From Gracilinanus agilis (lineage: Eukaryota): a stretch of 64,000 nt of DNA. Where the stretch lies: the NCBI RefSeq assembly GCF_016433145.1, contig NC_058134.1, positions 228,407,011 to 228,471,010 on the forward strand. The letters run 5' to 3'. The first letter of the stretch is position 1. The number at the start of each line of letters is the position of its first letter. This document shows positions 1-11,846 of the stretch, piece by piece. The translations under genes were made by a program, and so were the position numbers. A model generated the notes under the pieces. That model was not told where the DNA came from. It saw only the letters and a program-made list of their open reading frames with translations, and did not search any database.

Positions 1-914
1 CTGGGTTTGACTCTCAATCCACTGAGCCACTTTTCTACCCTGTGGAGGTATCAAGTTCCAGTTCTCCCCAAGAAGGCACAGGTTAGAGTGGAGAAGTTCC
101 ATTTAGGGAAAGGGAGAATGGAAAAAGAGGAATGAACAAGCAGCTCCATGTGTTCCCAGGGGTTAGTACCCACTCCTTAACGCATGACCTGATTTTTATG
201 CTGCTCATACATTTGGTTGCTTCTATAGCAGCTGCGGGAGATTTTTCATGGATTCTAAAGAGGTTCCACATTTCTCAAATCAACTTGCAGGATTGTTTGT
301 GAACCAGGTTGGGCTTCAAGGATGAGGGTTGTGTCTGGGCATTGTGGATGTATAAGAAGTACATGCTGTCTCAACGCATTATTCTGTTTCCACATGCCTA
401 GCAAATGATTTCCTCCTCTCTGAAGAAGTGCTTCTTTCTACTTCCCTTCCTAGAGTTCCAGCTTTCTACCAGGAGTAGAGTTTGGCTACCTTCTCCCCAA
501 ACACTGCAACTCCCTGGACTCCCTTCTTCTTTCTCCTCCTTGGGGCACCCTCCTTAGAATCGGAAACAACGTGGCAGGAGAGAAAGCACGTTGGACCAGA
601 ATTCAGGTGTGGCCTGTGAAGCTCAGAAACTGTGTGGCCTTTGGCAAGTCATGTAGGGCTCTAAGTTTAAAAAAGCCTTTAGGTAGCTTATTTCTTTTGA
701 CCCTCATAACCACCTTGAGGTAAATATTGTTATCGTCATGACGACCATTTTACTGACAAGAAAACTAAGGCTGAGAAAAGTTAAGAGAGTGGTACAAGAC
801 CAAAAGTGTCCAAAGACAGATTTAAGTTCAGGTCTTCCTTCCTACATGTCCCATACTCTCTATTCGTTGAGCCACCCAGCTGCCTAATGGCCAACTGTAA
901 AGTGGGGATAACAA

Positions 915-1245
915 TGCCTATTATTAATAAATAATAATAGAATAGAATATGAACAAAATAATCAATAGGATTTATTATTAAATCATAATTATTTATACTT
1001 ATAATTGATTGTATATTGAATATATATAAATATAATATAATTATAATAACCATAAGAATTAAATATTTATATTTCTATATGTAATAAATAAAAATTTTAA
1101 AATATTAAAAATAAAAACAAAATAATAACGATAAAATGTGTTATTTATATATTAATAAAACAAATTCTAAATAATGATAAAATATAAATCGTTTATATAT
1201 TAATAATAATAAATTTTTATAAGGATCAAATGAGATAATGCATAT
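915..1245. repeat. AT-rich low-complexity tract
   Basis: Almost only A/T with degenerate TAA/TA repeats. Confidence 0.85.
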
Positions 1246-1440
1246 GAAGCATTTTATAAACTTCAAAACATTTTAAAAATATGAGCAAGCTTTAGTCTCT
1301 AGTTAATTATCACTCCCATTATCCCTCAGACTTAAAATTATGATTCTATATTATGTCTATAAAATATCAGCCCACAATGCTTTAGGGCTACCGAGTAGTC
1401 ATGGATGTGTAAGTATGTATAGCAAGAATTTCATTCTAAA

Positions 1441-1615
1441 GGCAGCTGGGTGGCTCAGCGGGGAGAGTTCTAGGTCTGGCGTTGAGGACCTGGGTTCAAA
1501 TCTGCCCTCAGATACTTCCTAGCTGTGTGACCCTGGGCAAGTCACTTAACCCGCATTGCCTAGTCCTTGCCCTTCCATCTTAGAGTTGTAACTAAAACAG
1601 AAAGTAAGGGTTTGA
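1441..1615 (+). mobile_element. Marsupial tRNA/CORE SINE, older subfamily
   Basis: cagctgggtggctcag head, B-box-like gggttcaaat, CORE gctgtgtgaccctgggcaagtcacttaacc. Confidence 0.8.
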
Positions 1616-2451
1616 ATTCCGTAGCAAACTTCACCTGGAGGCTCCCTCCCCATGCCCCCACTGACGACGAAGCTGGCAGAATTGACCCTCTTCCCCTCAG
1701 AAAGACCACCTCAGGGAACACCAGAGGAACTACTGAGAAGATGACAGCAGAACCGTTTGGGGGCTGCTCAAATTAACAAACGAAGTCCCTGGAAGGCTGT
1801 CTTCGATGTGCTCTTCATCAGCCCCAGCTCGCTACTGGGGCGGAGACGCCGGCCGGTAGTTTTCCGCGGATTAATCTTTAGTCAGCTTCCCCATAACCTC
1901 CCCCCCTCCCGCCTCGCTCCCCACCACACACAAAAAAGACAGCACACAACGGGATAGGGAGGTGGGTTTTCCCCCCAAAAAACAGCTTTGTTTTTTAAAT
2001 TATTATTATACAATGCTGAACACATTGTGCCTTCTGTGGAGAACGACGTGGTTTTCAAGATGAGAGCTGGAGAAACAGAACGTTTTAGCGAATGCGGTGG
2101 AAAACTGGCTCAGGCAGGGAGACCTTGCCATTGGACGGCAGAGGGGCGAGCCGTCCGAAGCGGAGGATCCTGGGAGCCGAGAAGCATCCCTTTGCCACAG
2201 GGGATGGAGAGGGTTTGGAGTCTCCTGCGTGGGCTCTGACTTATCGCTAGGCTTGGGGAAAATACACTTAAGGCACCCTGCAGCCTTGACAAACATAAAT
2301 CACGGTGCATGCTTACGCTAGAACTTTCTTGCTTTCTTTCTTTAAGTTATAATTAGCATCAAACGCGAAGCGAGGCGCAATATTACCAAATGCCTGGCTT
2401 CCAACGGGGGTCTTTCCAAGAACGTCCACTCTAAGCAATCCATGTAAATAG

Positions 2452-2457
2452 TTTATT
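2452..2457 (-). terminator. Polyadenylation signal AATAAA of MYBPC1
   Basis: Plus-strand tttatt about 125 nt past the terminal TGA. It is the first AATAAA on the minus strand after that stop. Confidence 0.65.
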
Positions 2458-2580
2458 TTCAACAGAAGGAAAGAAATGACCACACTTGGGTTGCTATTGG
2501 AAGAACAATAACCCCCTAAAAAAATGTTTTCCCATTGGCAACCAGTTTTCACTACAGGAGCAGGGAAGCACTGGGTAGCC

Positions 2581-2681
2581 TCAGTTTCCCTCAGGATTGC
2601 TTGATTCCAAGTCTCGCAAATATGAATCGATTATGTTTGGAGGCACGCCTTGCAAGAGAAGCCTGCAGAAGGAAAGGCCAC
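2581..2681 (-). CDS. MYBPC1: MYBPC1 terminal exon, alternatively coding: GGLSFCRLLLQGVPPNIIDSYLRDLESSNPEGN*; 3' UTR in VVAQ-type isoforms
   Basis: Long pyrimidine tract ending tttgtag|GTGGCC at 2681; second acceptor ctgcag|GCTT at 2662; TGA at 2581-2583. The peptide resembles a human slow MyBP-C alternative tail (recalled). Confidence 0.85.
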
Positions 2682-4094
2682 CTACAAAGAAGGAGAAAAG
2701 GAAAGAGTTCAAGGCACGGGAGAGAGGCACGCCGACTTTACTGCTCGGGGGCGCTAGCTGCCGGGAAGGGGGGCCAAAGAGCCTTTCAGTCTCTGCTGGG
2801 GAATCTTCTCCTGCCTTGGGCGCATTTGGGAAGAAGCGCAGCTGGTATTTTGGAGGAAGAGGCAAGTTTCGGAGCGGGTCTGATCAGCGCTCTCTCGAGG
2901 GAAGCTCTCTGCCATTCCTGTCTGTGTTGTTTCACAATATGGACTCCGCTTTGAGCTCGGATGCCAATCCTCTACGCCTGACTTAAGGGCAGGGAATGTA
3001 CTTAGACTACGGATCGGCCTCAGGATCCATTTTCGCTTTAAAAAAAATTTGGCGGGGAGGGAAACAGCTCGAACCCGTATTTCCATAGTTTTTGCCCTTT
3101 CATGTCTAGCTCGTCAATTATTATTTTCATAGGAGGGAAGGTGGTAGAGAGGGAAGGCTGAAGGGTGCCATTTGTGATCCCATCTCGGTAAGGAACTCTT
3201 TCTGGAGAAAGTCCCTCTCCCGGTGCAGAACACCAACACCTCCTCTTCGCCTGCTAGTCCTGCAGAGTTCTGTGGGTCAGCGAGAGCTAATGCCTTGGCC
3301 TGGATCGCTGCAGGTCACAATTGGTCCCAGGCCCTTCTGACTCCTTTTAGTTCCTACACACACCATAACCTTCATCCTTCAGATTAAGTGGATTTGACCC
3401 AGCCAAACCGGGGAAGAACAATGGGCCAACTCCTACATCAACTTGAAAGAAATTCGTATTTTTTCTGGGGACCCAAGTGCGGAAGGCAATCCATGCTGCA
3501 TTGAAGAGAACACCCCGGGATCCCTCCTACTTACCTTTGTTTCTAAGTTTAATTTCTTTAAAAAAAAAAAAAAAAGAAGGGAAATCCTATGGGAACCACC
3601 TAGGGACATCTTTTAGGGAAGGGCTTTCCTAATCTCTAATACAAGTGCAATTCAGACAAAAGCAGCATGCTTTGACACATTCTTTGAAAACCTCCCCCCC
3701 ACCGATGCAAGTCTCAGAAAACCATTCTTTTCTTAACAGAAAAAAAAAATAAATAAAATCCAATCACGTCTCAGAAGAGATGCTGCCATTTGTTTATGGG
3801 TCCATTCCTCGATGCAGTTAGCCGCAGGATGCCGTCCCCCCACAGGCCTCATGCTCTCTACGGCATGCCTTACCCACGTTCCCAGAATGCCCAGGTTATC
3901 GTCTCGCGAGCTTTGGGTGAGTACCGGTGGTTAATGTCACGTGTCCTGAAATACGTCTTGGAACGACTGGGTTAGTGGTTAAGGACAGACCATTTTCATT
4001 AGGTCACATAATGAAAATCATGCCATACTCTGCGGGCTCCGTATGGCTTATGACAGGCATAAGCTTCATAGGCCGAGACCGTATGAAAGCTTAC

Positions 4095-4137
4095 CTGAGA
4101 CGACAATATACATTCACAAATCCTTACTGCGCTACAA
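4095..4137 (-). CDS. MYBPC1: MYBPC1 43-nt penultimate exon with stop: VVAQ* (TAA at 4124-4126) when spliced from the C10 exon; L* when spliced from the 59-nt exon
   Basis: ctcccttag|TTGTAGCGCAGTAAGGATTTGTGAATGTATATTGTCGTCTCAG|gtaagc; resembles the human VIAQ* exon (recalled). Confidence 0.86.
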
Positions 4138-4672
4138 CTAAGGGAGAGAGAGAGAGAGAAGTTGTGAGCATTCGGAAAGGGCCGGCGCCAAAGAGGACGA
4201 CTCGTTGGATCACATTATTTTCACAGTTACGGAAGATGGTGTGAGGAATCGAAGCGTTTGGACAAGAAAAGGCAGGATCCAGTAACCACTCCAAAGGGCT
4301 CATTAATACGTGAGAGCTGGATTAATAGGCAGGACCGAGGGAAGTGGACTCCTAGTCTTTTGGCTTAGCGAATGGGATGGTGAGATGGATGTTTATGGGA
4401 AGAGCTTCCAAACCGTAAGCTTGAAAAGAAACGGCAACATATATATATGGTGTTTTTCAACAAAAGAAAAACACAGACATAGCACGATGATACATATATA
4501 TATGCTGAAACTCTAAAAGGCAAAATTATCAAGTCGATCTAAGCTCTTTGTGCTCCTTCCACATGGAGTCTCGCCTTTTCGCCGGGAGGGTTCAAATGAA
4601 CAGAAACCCTTTAGTACCCCTACTTTGAAGGAGGGGGGAGGGTAGTGTGTGGAACTGGGATGAGGATAGCTA

Positions 4673-5082
4673 CTGCTTTTTTTTTCCAGGGATAAATCAG
4701 GATAGTGTAATATTTAGAATATAAAATTTCTTGAGGGAAGGGACAATTTCATTTTTGTTTTTGTAACTCTAGTACCTAGCAATGCTTATTGACTGGTTAT
4801 TCGTAGGATCATTGATATGAAACTAGAAGGAACCACTGAGTCCAAAGAGTCATTTTACAAATGAGGAAATTGAGGCTGCTTTTTTTTTTTCAGGGATGAA
4901 TCAGGATAGTGTAATATTTAGAATATAAAATTCCTTAAGGGAAGGGATGATTTCATTTTTGTTTTTGTAACTCTAGTGTGCCTAGAAATGGTTACTGAAT
5001 GGTTACTGGTTGATCGTAGCATCATTGATATGAAACTGGAAGGAACCATTGAGTCCAAAGAGTCATTTTACAAATGAGGAAA
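4673..5082. repeat. Local tandem duplication, two copies of about 203 bp
   Basis: 4673-4875 and 4876-5082 align end to end with scattered substitutions and small indels. Confidence 0.9.
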
Positions 5083-5978
5083 CAATTTTCTCTGCCTCAC
5101 AGATTTTAGTATACTAAATTAGAATTGCTATTCTTGCTTATGCTATGATTTGAAAATGTATATCATGTACAAAACAAACCTAGTTTTATACGTGATATAC
5201 CATCAAGCAGAGTCCTGGAAGTGTCTTGGGTTTCATTTAAGGAAATAAAAAAAAAAATCTCCATACTAATTTCAGTCTTGTAAAGATGTTCCAACTGCCC
5301 AGTAGTGCCTGTTAATAGACCTAAAGGGGGCTTGTTAAGCCCTGAAAAGTTAAACCTATGGCTGAAAGGTCCCAGACCCTCTTTCTAAAATTTAGGTATT
5401 TAAAATTGCTCATACTTTCACCTTGCCATGAAGTTTGAGGAGCTAATTCAAAAACTTGTCTTAAAGCAGGGAAGTCAAACTCAAAGAGAAATAGGAGCCC
5501 TTATTCTATACATTGACTTGGTTTCCAAAAGTGATATCAATGATGTTTTCTTGTATCTTGTTGAATATTGTTTATGTATCTTGTTGAATATTTCCCAATT
5601 ACATTTCAATCTGGTTCAGCTATACTCTGGAGTGTTCTGGACTGAAAGGAAAATAATCTAAAATCTAGCAAGATGAGATTTGGAGGGATCCCAAACTTAT
5701 AGTAACCTGGTTGTTAACAATAAGATGATTTATAATTGCGACTTTGTGGTCTGTTGTGCTACTTGATTTTCCACCTAATAACCTATCTCCTCCCTCAGTT
5801 TACTGTTCTTGAATAATTTGGCCTTCCTCATTCATGGCATAACTGCTGTATGCCATGAGTACTAATGAGGACAGTCTAAAAGCAGAAGGAAAGGCAAGCT
5901 TTACATGCAAAATGCATTTTCATGTAAAATAGGAATGGAATGGAAAGTAATATCCAGTGGGATATGAATTTTTTAAAC

Positions 5979-6037
5979 CTGTTGCTGCCCCGCCAAGAAG
6001 AGTGGTTGTCCTGGGGTAATTAATCCTTGATATATCA
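5979..6037 (-). CDS. MYBPC1: MYBPC1 alternative C-terminal exon (59 nt): (V)IYQGLITPGQPLFLAGQQQ
   Basis: aattctgcag|TGATATATC...GCAACAG|gtttaa; close to the human isoform tail [20 protein letters not shown] (recalled). Confidence 0.88.
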
Positions 6038-8148
6038 CTGCAGAATTAGAATAGTGGGACTGGTGTTTATTTATTCTCATTTGACATTCTTACCTTTTAA
6101 AAATTTTAAACAGTTTAACTCTATTTCAATCAACTATTGCCTTCAGAACCAACAATGTTTTCCAAGCTATCAAAGTTCACATAACATAAATTCACTGACT
6201 AATTCAACAAAATACTTATTTAAAATTCAAGTGGCAAAGTATAAGGAGAATCCCATGTTTAATCCCCCAAGATACTTTTTCCTAAACTACTTTTATAATA
6301 TGATTTTATATGACTAGAGATTTCATTTATTTTCAGACATGTTGTAGGGGAATTATTTTTTAGAAGGTGTCTTGCAAATTTTCACATGAACGTTATCATA
6401 TCTAAAAATGACGCCGAATACCAGTTGAAATTAACAGTTGAAACTGAAAATAACATTATGTTCATTGAGATGCAAGCTGCAATGCTTTTAAATATTGGTT
6501 GTTTGGCTTGAATCCAAAACAACTGTTTGATTAAGTCAAGAAAGCAGTGGTAAAAATATTGGTCTGACTATCACAACCGTAAAACTTGGGAAAATGTAAT
6601 AATATGCCTCTATATTTTAATTGAAATTCACCTATTCAGAAAAATAATTCCCATTATGCATTTACACTGACTATAAATGATGCTACATAACCAAAAACAA
6701 AATCACGAGACAGAAAAAATACTTAAAGTTAAGCTCCTGAAAACAAAATTTTTTTAAAAGGCACATATTCAATTCTCAACCATATTTACTCATTTGATTT
6801 TTTGAAGTCAGGTGAGGGATATACCCACAGATCTTTTTAATAGATTTTTAGAGTGAAAAAGTCAGTTTCATAATAGAAATCCCTCAAGCATCTGGTTTTT
6901 GAATTTCAGAAATAAGCATCAAAATGGAGCTTTTTCATGAGTAAGTAGGGTCAAACAAAATAAAACAAAACAAAAAACCCAGGCCAGGAATATAGAAATG
7001 CAGATCTAGGGTTACCAGGGACTTTAAAGGTTATCAAGTTCCCACTCCCACTTCCCCATTCTCCTCATTTTATTGATGAGGAAACTGGGACTTAGATAGA
7101 TTGAGTGCCCAGGATCACACGGCTAATGTGCCAGAGGTGGGATTTGAACTCAGGTCTTCCTGACTCCAAGCCCATGACACATTTCCTAGGTTAGGATTCC
7201 ATCTTATAGAAATGTAAGGAAAAAAAAACAACATGGCCTCAAGAGTTTAATACAATGAGAACAAGAAAAGATGCTTCAGGATCATGTCAGATATTCTAGC
7301 CATGGTCATCCTGTTGACTGAAAGGGTTCAATGGAAACTCAAAACACACTCTGGTTTCCAGGAAAAACATATAGCATAAAGGTGATGACCAATTATGCTA
7401 TGTCACATGAGTAAACAAGAATACCTATACTTACTCCAGTATTCTTTGTTTACCTAAAGAGTACTGAGGACATAATGGCCAAAGGGCTGTGTGGAATGGA
7501 TCGACAAAGAATAACCATGTTTTGGCAAGTTACGCCAAGGAAATCTGTGTCCATAGATCCTTAAGCATCCTTATGGCTTAAAATGCATTTTTAAAAAGTA
7601 ACATCTTTTAAAACAAATACAAATTAAATGCATAGATAAGAAACACAAGTTCTCTAGGATTGTTTTAAATAAACCTTTCAGATTACATCCCATACACATT
7701 TCATTTTTTGTTGTTGTTGCTTTCTCGAATAGCAGCCAATAGCATTTATCCATGATTATAGTCTATCCTATCCTTCCTCTGATGTAATGATTATTTGACT
7801 CAAAGCATTAAAAAATGAATCTCCCCTCTCGAATCACTATTTCATTGAATAAACTCATTTAAATTGCTTTCCTAGGATGTAATCATTGTTCTATTTATAC
7901 TCACCAACCTGCTTACACCTTGGTGTTCCACTGATGTTAGTCACTGTACCTTAAGTAGACAAGACTTACACAGAATAATATAGGGCCACGTGAAATGATT
8001 CTATTACCCTCATTTATTAAATCAGAATGAAAGGAGATTTAAAAGCTTTCCCCCATCTTTAGGCACTATAAGTGTATTTTTGTCATTAGACTCAATAGGG
8101 ATGATTTGGTTTTTTAAAGGGTAAGGTCTAGTTCACATCGACTCATTA

Positions 8149-8358
<210 letters not shown>

Positions 8359-9977
8359 CTATATTTATGATAGGAGGGGGAAAGAAAGGGGGAGAGGAAT
8401 AAATTGTAAAATGTTTAGAAAAGGAATATCAAAGCCAATGGGGAAAAAAGTTGTATTGATAGTTTTTGTTTTTAGATTTTAGATATCAGATGTAACATTT
8501 TCTGATGTTCTCTCCATTCCTGGCACTGAACTGTTTTGTTTTTAAACCCTTACTTTCTGCCTTGGAACCAATACTATGTGGTGATTCTAAGGTAGAAGAT
8601 CAATATGGGCTAGGCAAGGGGGTTTAAGTTATACAGCTAGGAAGTATCTGAAGCCAGATTTGAACCCAGGAGCTCCTGTCATCAGGATTGACTCTCTATC
8701 CACTGAGCCGCCTTAGCTACCCCTTGAACTGTTCTTTTTACAAAGAAAAATATTTGAGCAAGACCAATCAATACAATAACCAAGGCTAACAATGTATGTA
8801 ATGCTTCACATCTGGAGTCCCCCATCCAGGTCTAGAGAGGAGGGAGGTGTATTTTCATCATCTGCTCGAGACTGGGTTTGGTCATGACAATTAATCAACA
8901 CTGAGCAAACAAAATTTTAGAAGACTTCTAGGGAAAGAGTAAGAAAAATCTTAGCGACGACAGTTGTTATTGCTGTTTTAATGAAGTTAGGTTCGCTGTT
9001 TCTGTAGAGAATTCTAATAAATAATCCCAGAAAAAGGAGACAGATTTATTCAGAATTATTTTGTGAGAGTCAAGAAATGGCTGCCTTTTACTGATTTGTC
9101 CTGGCTAGAATATCAACTCATCCATCATGTCTTGAGATCCTTGGTAGACCCTTCCAGGAAAGTAACACTACTTATTCCTTTTTTTTTTTCTTCCAGGGGT
9201 GGTTTATTTTATTTATTTATTTAAAAAAATTTTTTTAAATTCCTGTATTTACTTATTTATTTATTTTTAGTTTATTTAATTAAGAGTATTTTTTCATGAC
9301 TACATGATTCGTGTTCTTTCCCTCTTCTCCTCCCTCCCACTACTTACTATTTTTGCCTTTCCTTTTAATTAACATTTTTATCTCTAGTATTTTAAACCTT
9401 ACAACCGTCCTGAGAGATCGGTAGTAGTACAAGTAGTGCCCTCACTTTGCATGTGAGGAAACTGAGGCCTACGTGAGCTAAGCAGTTAAGACTTTGGGTC
9501 TGGCCTCTGGCCCCTAACTCTAGTCCATTCTCTTTCTAGTATACCTGCTCTCTCTCACTGTGGAACGCCCTGGAGGGACATTCTCCTCCTAGGGCTTCCT
9601 TCTCTTTCCCTAACATGCCTCTGGGAGCCCTCAGATCTGGCTTCAGGCCAAAACTTTACTCTTCTTTGGTCAAACTACTTCATCAAACTACTGATCACAC
9701 AGCTAGGGAGCAGCAGAGAGGGCATTTGAACCCAGGACTCTCGATACCACAAAGCAAATATTTCCCCATCACACGCTCTTGCCTCTAACTCCCACTTAAT
9801 AAAAAAAAAAATTCTCAGCCCCAACCTCTTGATTTTCCTTGTGGCAGGCAGCCTAAGAGTTAAATGAGTATTACCCTGCCCACATTACTGTATATATGCT
9901 GTGTAAATACTTATCTCCAGGGAAGAGAGAAAACAGCATTTGAAAGGCTAATGGCAAACATCAAAAACAAACACAAG

Positions 9978-10166
9978 GGGCAGCTGGGTAGCTCAGTGGA
10001 TTGAGAGCCAGGCCTAGAGACCTGAGGTCCTAGGTTCAAATCCGGCCTCAGACACTTCCCAGCTGTGTGGCCCTGGGCAAGTCACTTGACCCCCATTGCC
10101 TACCCTTACCACTCTTCCACCTAGGAGTCAGTACACAGAAGTTAAGGGTTTAAAATAAAACAAAAC
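9978..10166 (+). mobile_element. Young SINE1_Mdo-type SINE with 14-bp TSD
   Basis: TSD AAAACAAACACAAG at 9964-9977 and 10167-10180. Confidence 0.92.
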
Positions 10167-10508
10167 AAAACAAACACAAGTCCATCCTCCTGCCTGATAG
10201 GAATCGGCTTCCAACAAAATGAAATCCATCTGGAAAATGCCATTCATTAACTTCCGGGGAGGAACAACATGGTGGCTGATTCATGAACTCCTAAGAACCC
10301 ATGAGATAAAAGACTGGAAGGGCCCTCAGGGGTCCTCATTTTACAATTGGGAAACTGAGACACAAGGAAGTGGGGTGACTTCAGAGCCCAGATAATTCAA
10401 CCTTCGTGTTTTACAAATGAGAAAAAGTGTTTTGCCTAAGGTGACATAGGCATTAAGTGCCAGAGATGGGATCCAGAGACATTGTTCTTTCCATTGTATC
10501 AGAGAGGG

Positions 10509-10704
10509 TTTTTTTTTTTTTTAATTTTAAATCCTTAACTTCTGCGTATTGGTTCCTAGGTGGAAGAGTGGTAAGGGTGGGCAATGGGGGTCAAGTGACT
10601 TGCCCAGGGTCACACAGCTGGGAAGTGTCTGAGGCCGGGTTTGAACCTAGGACCTCCCGTCTCTAGGCCTGGCTCTCAATCCACTGAGCTACCCAACTGC
10701 CCCC
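10509..10704 (-). mobile_element. Young SINE1_Mdo-type SINE; a second older copy follows at about 10715-10895
   Basis: Poly-T head on the plus strand; TSD TCAGAGAGG at 10499-10507 and 10705-10713. Confidence 0.9.
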
Positions 10705-11008
10705 TCAGAGAGGTTGTTTTTTTTAAACCCTTACCTTCTATCTTAGGATCAATACTGTATATTGGCTCCAAGGCAGAAGAATGGTAAGGGTAGGCAATGG
10801 GGGTCAAGTGACTTGCCTAGGGTCACACAGCTTGGAAGCATCTGAGGCCAGATTTGAACTCTAGACCTGGCCCTCAATCCACCAAACCACCTAGTTTTCT
10901 CCTGAAATCTACTTTTAATATCCCGTGCAGGCAGCTTTGGGCACAGGGGAGGCTTGTACTGGCTCAAATAGTTCTTCAGCGGAATGCAACACGGGTATGG
11001 ATGGGTCA

Positions 11009-11254
<246 letters not shown>

Positions 11255-11846
11255 TTAGCAAGCCCAAGACAAGGTTCAGAAGGCCCATGGCAGTGCCTAA
11301 AGGGGAACAGATTTAGAGCTGGGAAGGATCTTGGAGGCCGTGCCCGGTTCAGGGACCGAGACCCGAAAGGGGATTAGAGGTCTTCTAGAAGAGGAAACGG
11401 AGGCCTAGAGGATAGTGGACTGCTCCAAAGTCACACTGGTCCTAACTGGAAAGGCTTGAATCCAGCCCCAGGCCTGATACCCTCATTTTTGAGAGGAGAA
11501 ATTTGCCCGAAATCATGCAAGTCAGCCAAGCAGAGTCAGAATTTGAATTCGGTGTCTCTGAGAACAAATCTTTTCCTAAGAGGACATTTTCCTGTCCTAA
11601 TCAGGTCATTAATGAGGCCACAAGCACTTATTATGTACCAGGCACTGGAGAGAGAAAGCCAAAAGGGAAGCAGTCCCTGCCTTCAAGGAGTTTCCAACCT
11701 AAAAGCCCTATTCTGAAATGAAATCGTTGTGGCCTGAACTTTTCCCCATCCAAACCAGTTAGAGTTTGCTTCATAAAACAGCCAGGAATAATGGCATTTG
11801 GGGTTTATAAAACTTTTCTTCTCTCCTTGGATTTTTGCTTTGGTAC

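Larger units (their letters stand above)
1600..4580. promoter_or_regulatory. CpG-retaining, island-like region over the 3' end of MYBPC1
   Basis: I counted 27 CpGs in 3781-4320 versus 2 in 57001-57540. GC-box GGGGCGGAG near 1837-1845. Confidence 0.5.

Noticed and set aside
1-2400. Exon 1 of the syntenic neighbour CHPT1
   Set aside because: No CHPT1-like peptide or GC-rich first exon found on either strand; the gene probably starts outside the window
2535-3086. ORFs of 110-139 aa around the terminal exon (2535-2954, 2597-2986, 2754-3086)
   Set aside because: They are antisense or off-frame to the MYBPC1 terminal exon in GC-rich DNA where stops are rarer; no recognisable protein
7500-7577. 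ttttaag|CCATAAGGATGCTTAA as the orthologue of the human VIAQ/NKDF exon
   Set aside because: A much better match with proper splice sites exists at 4095-4137; no good donor follows this site
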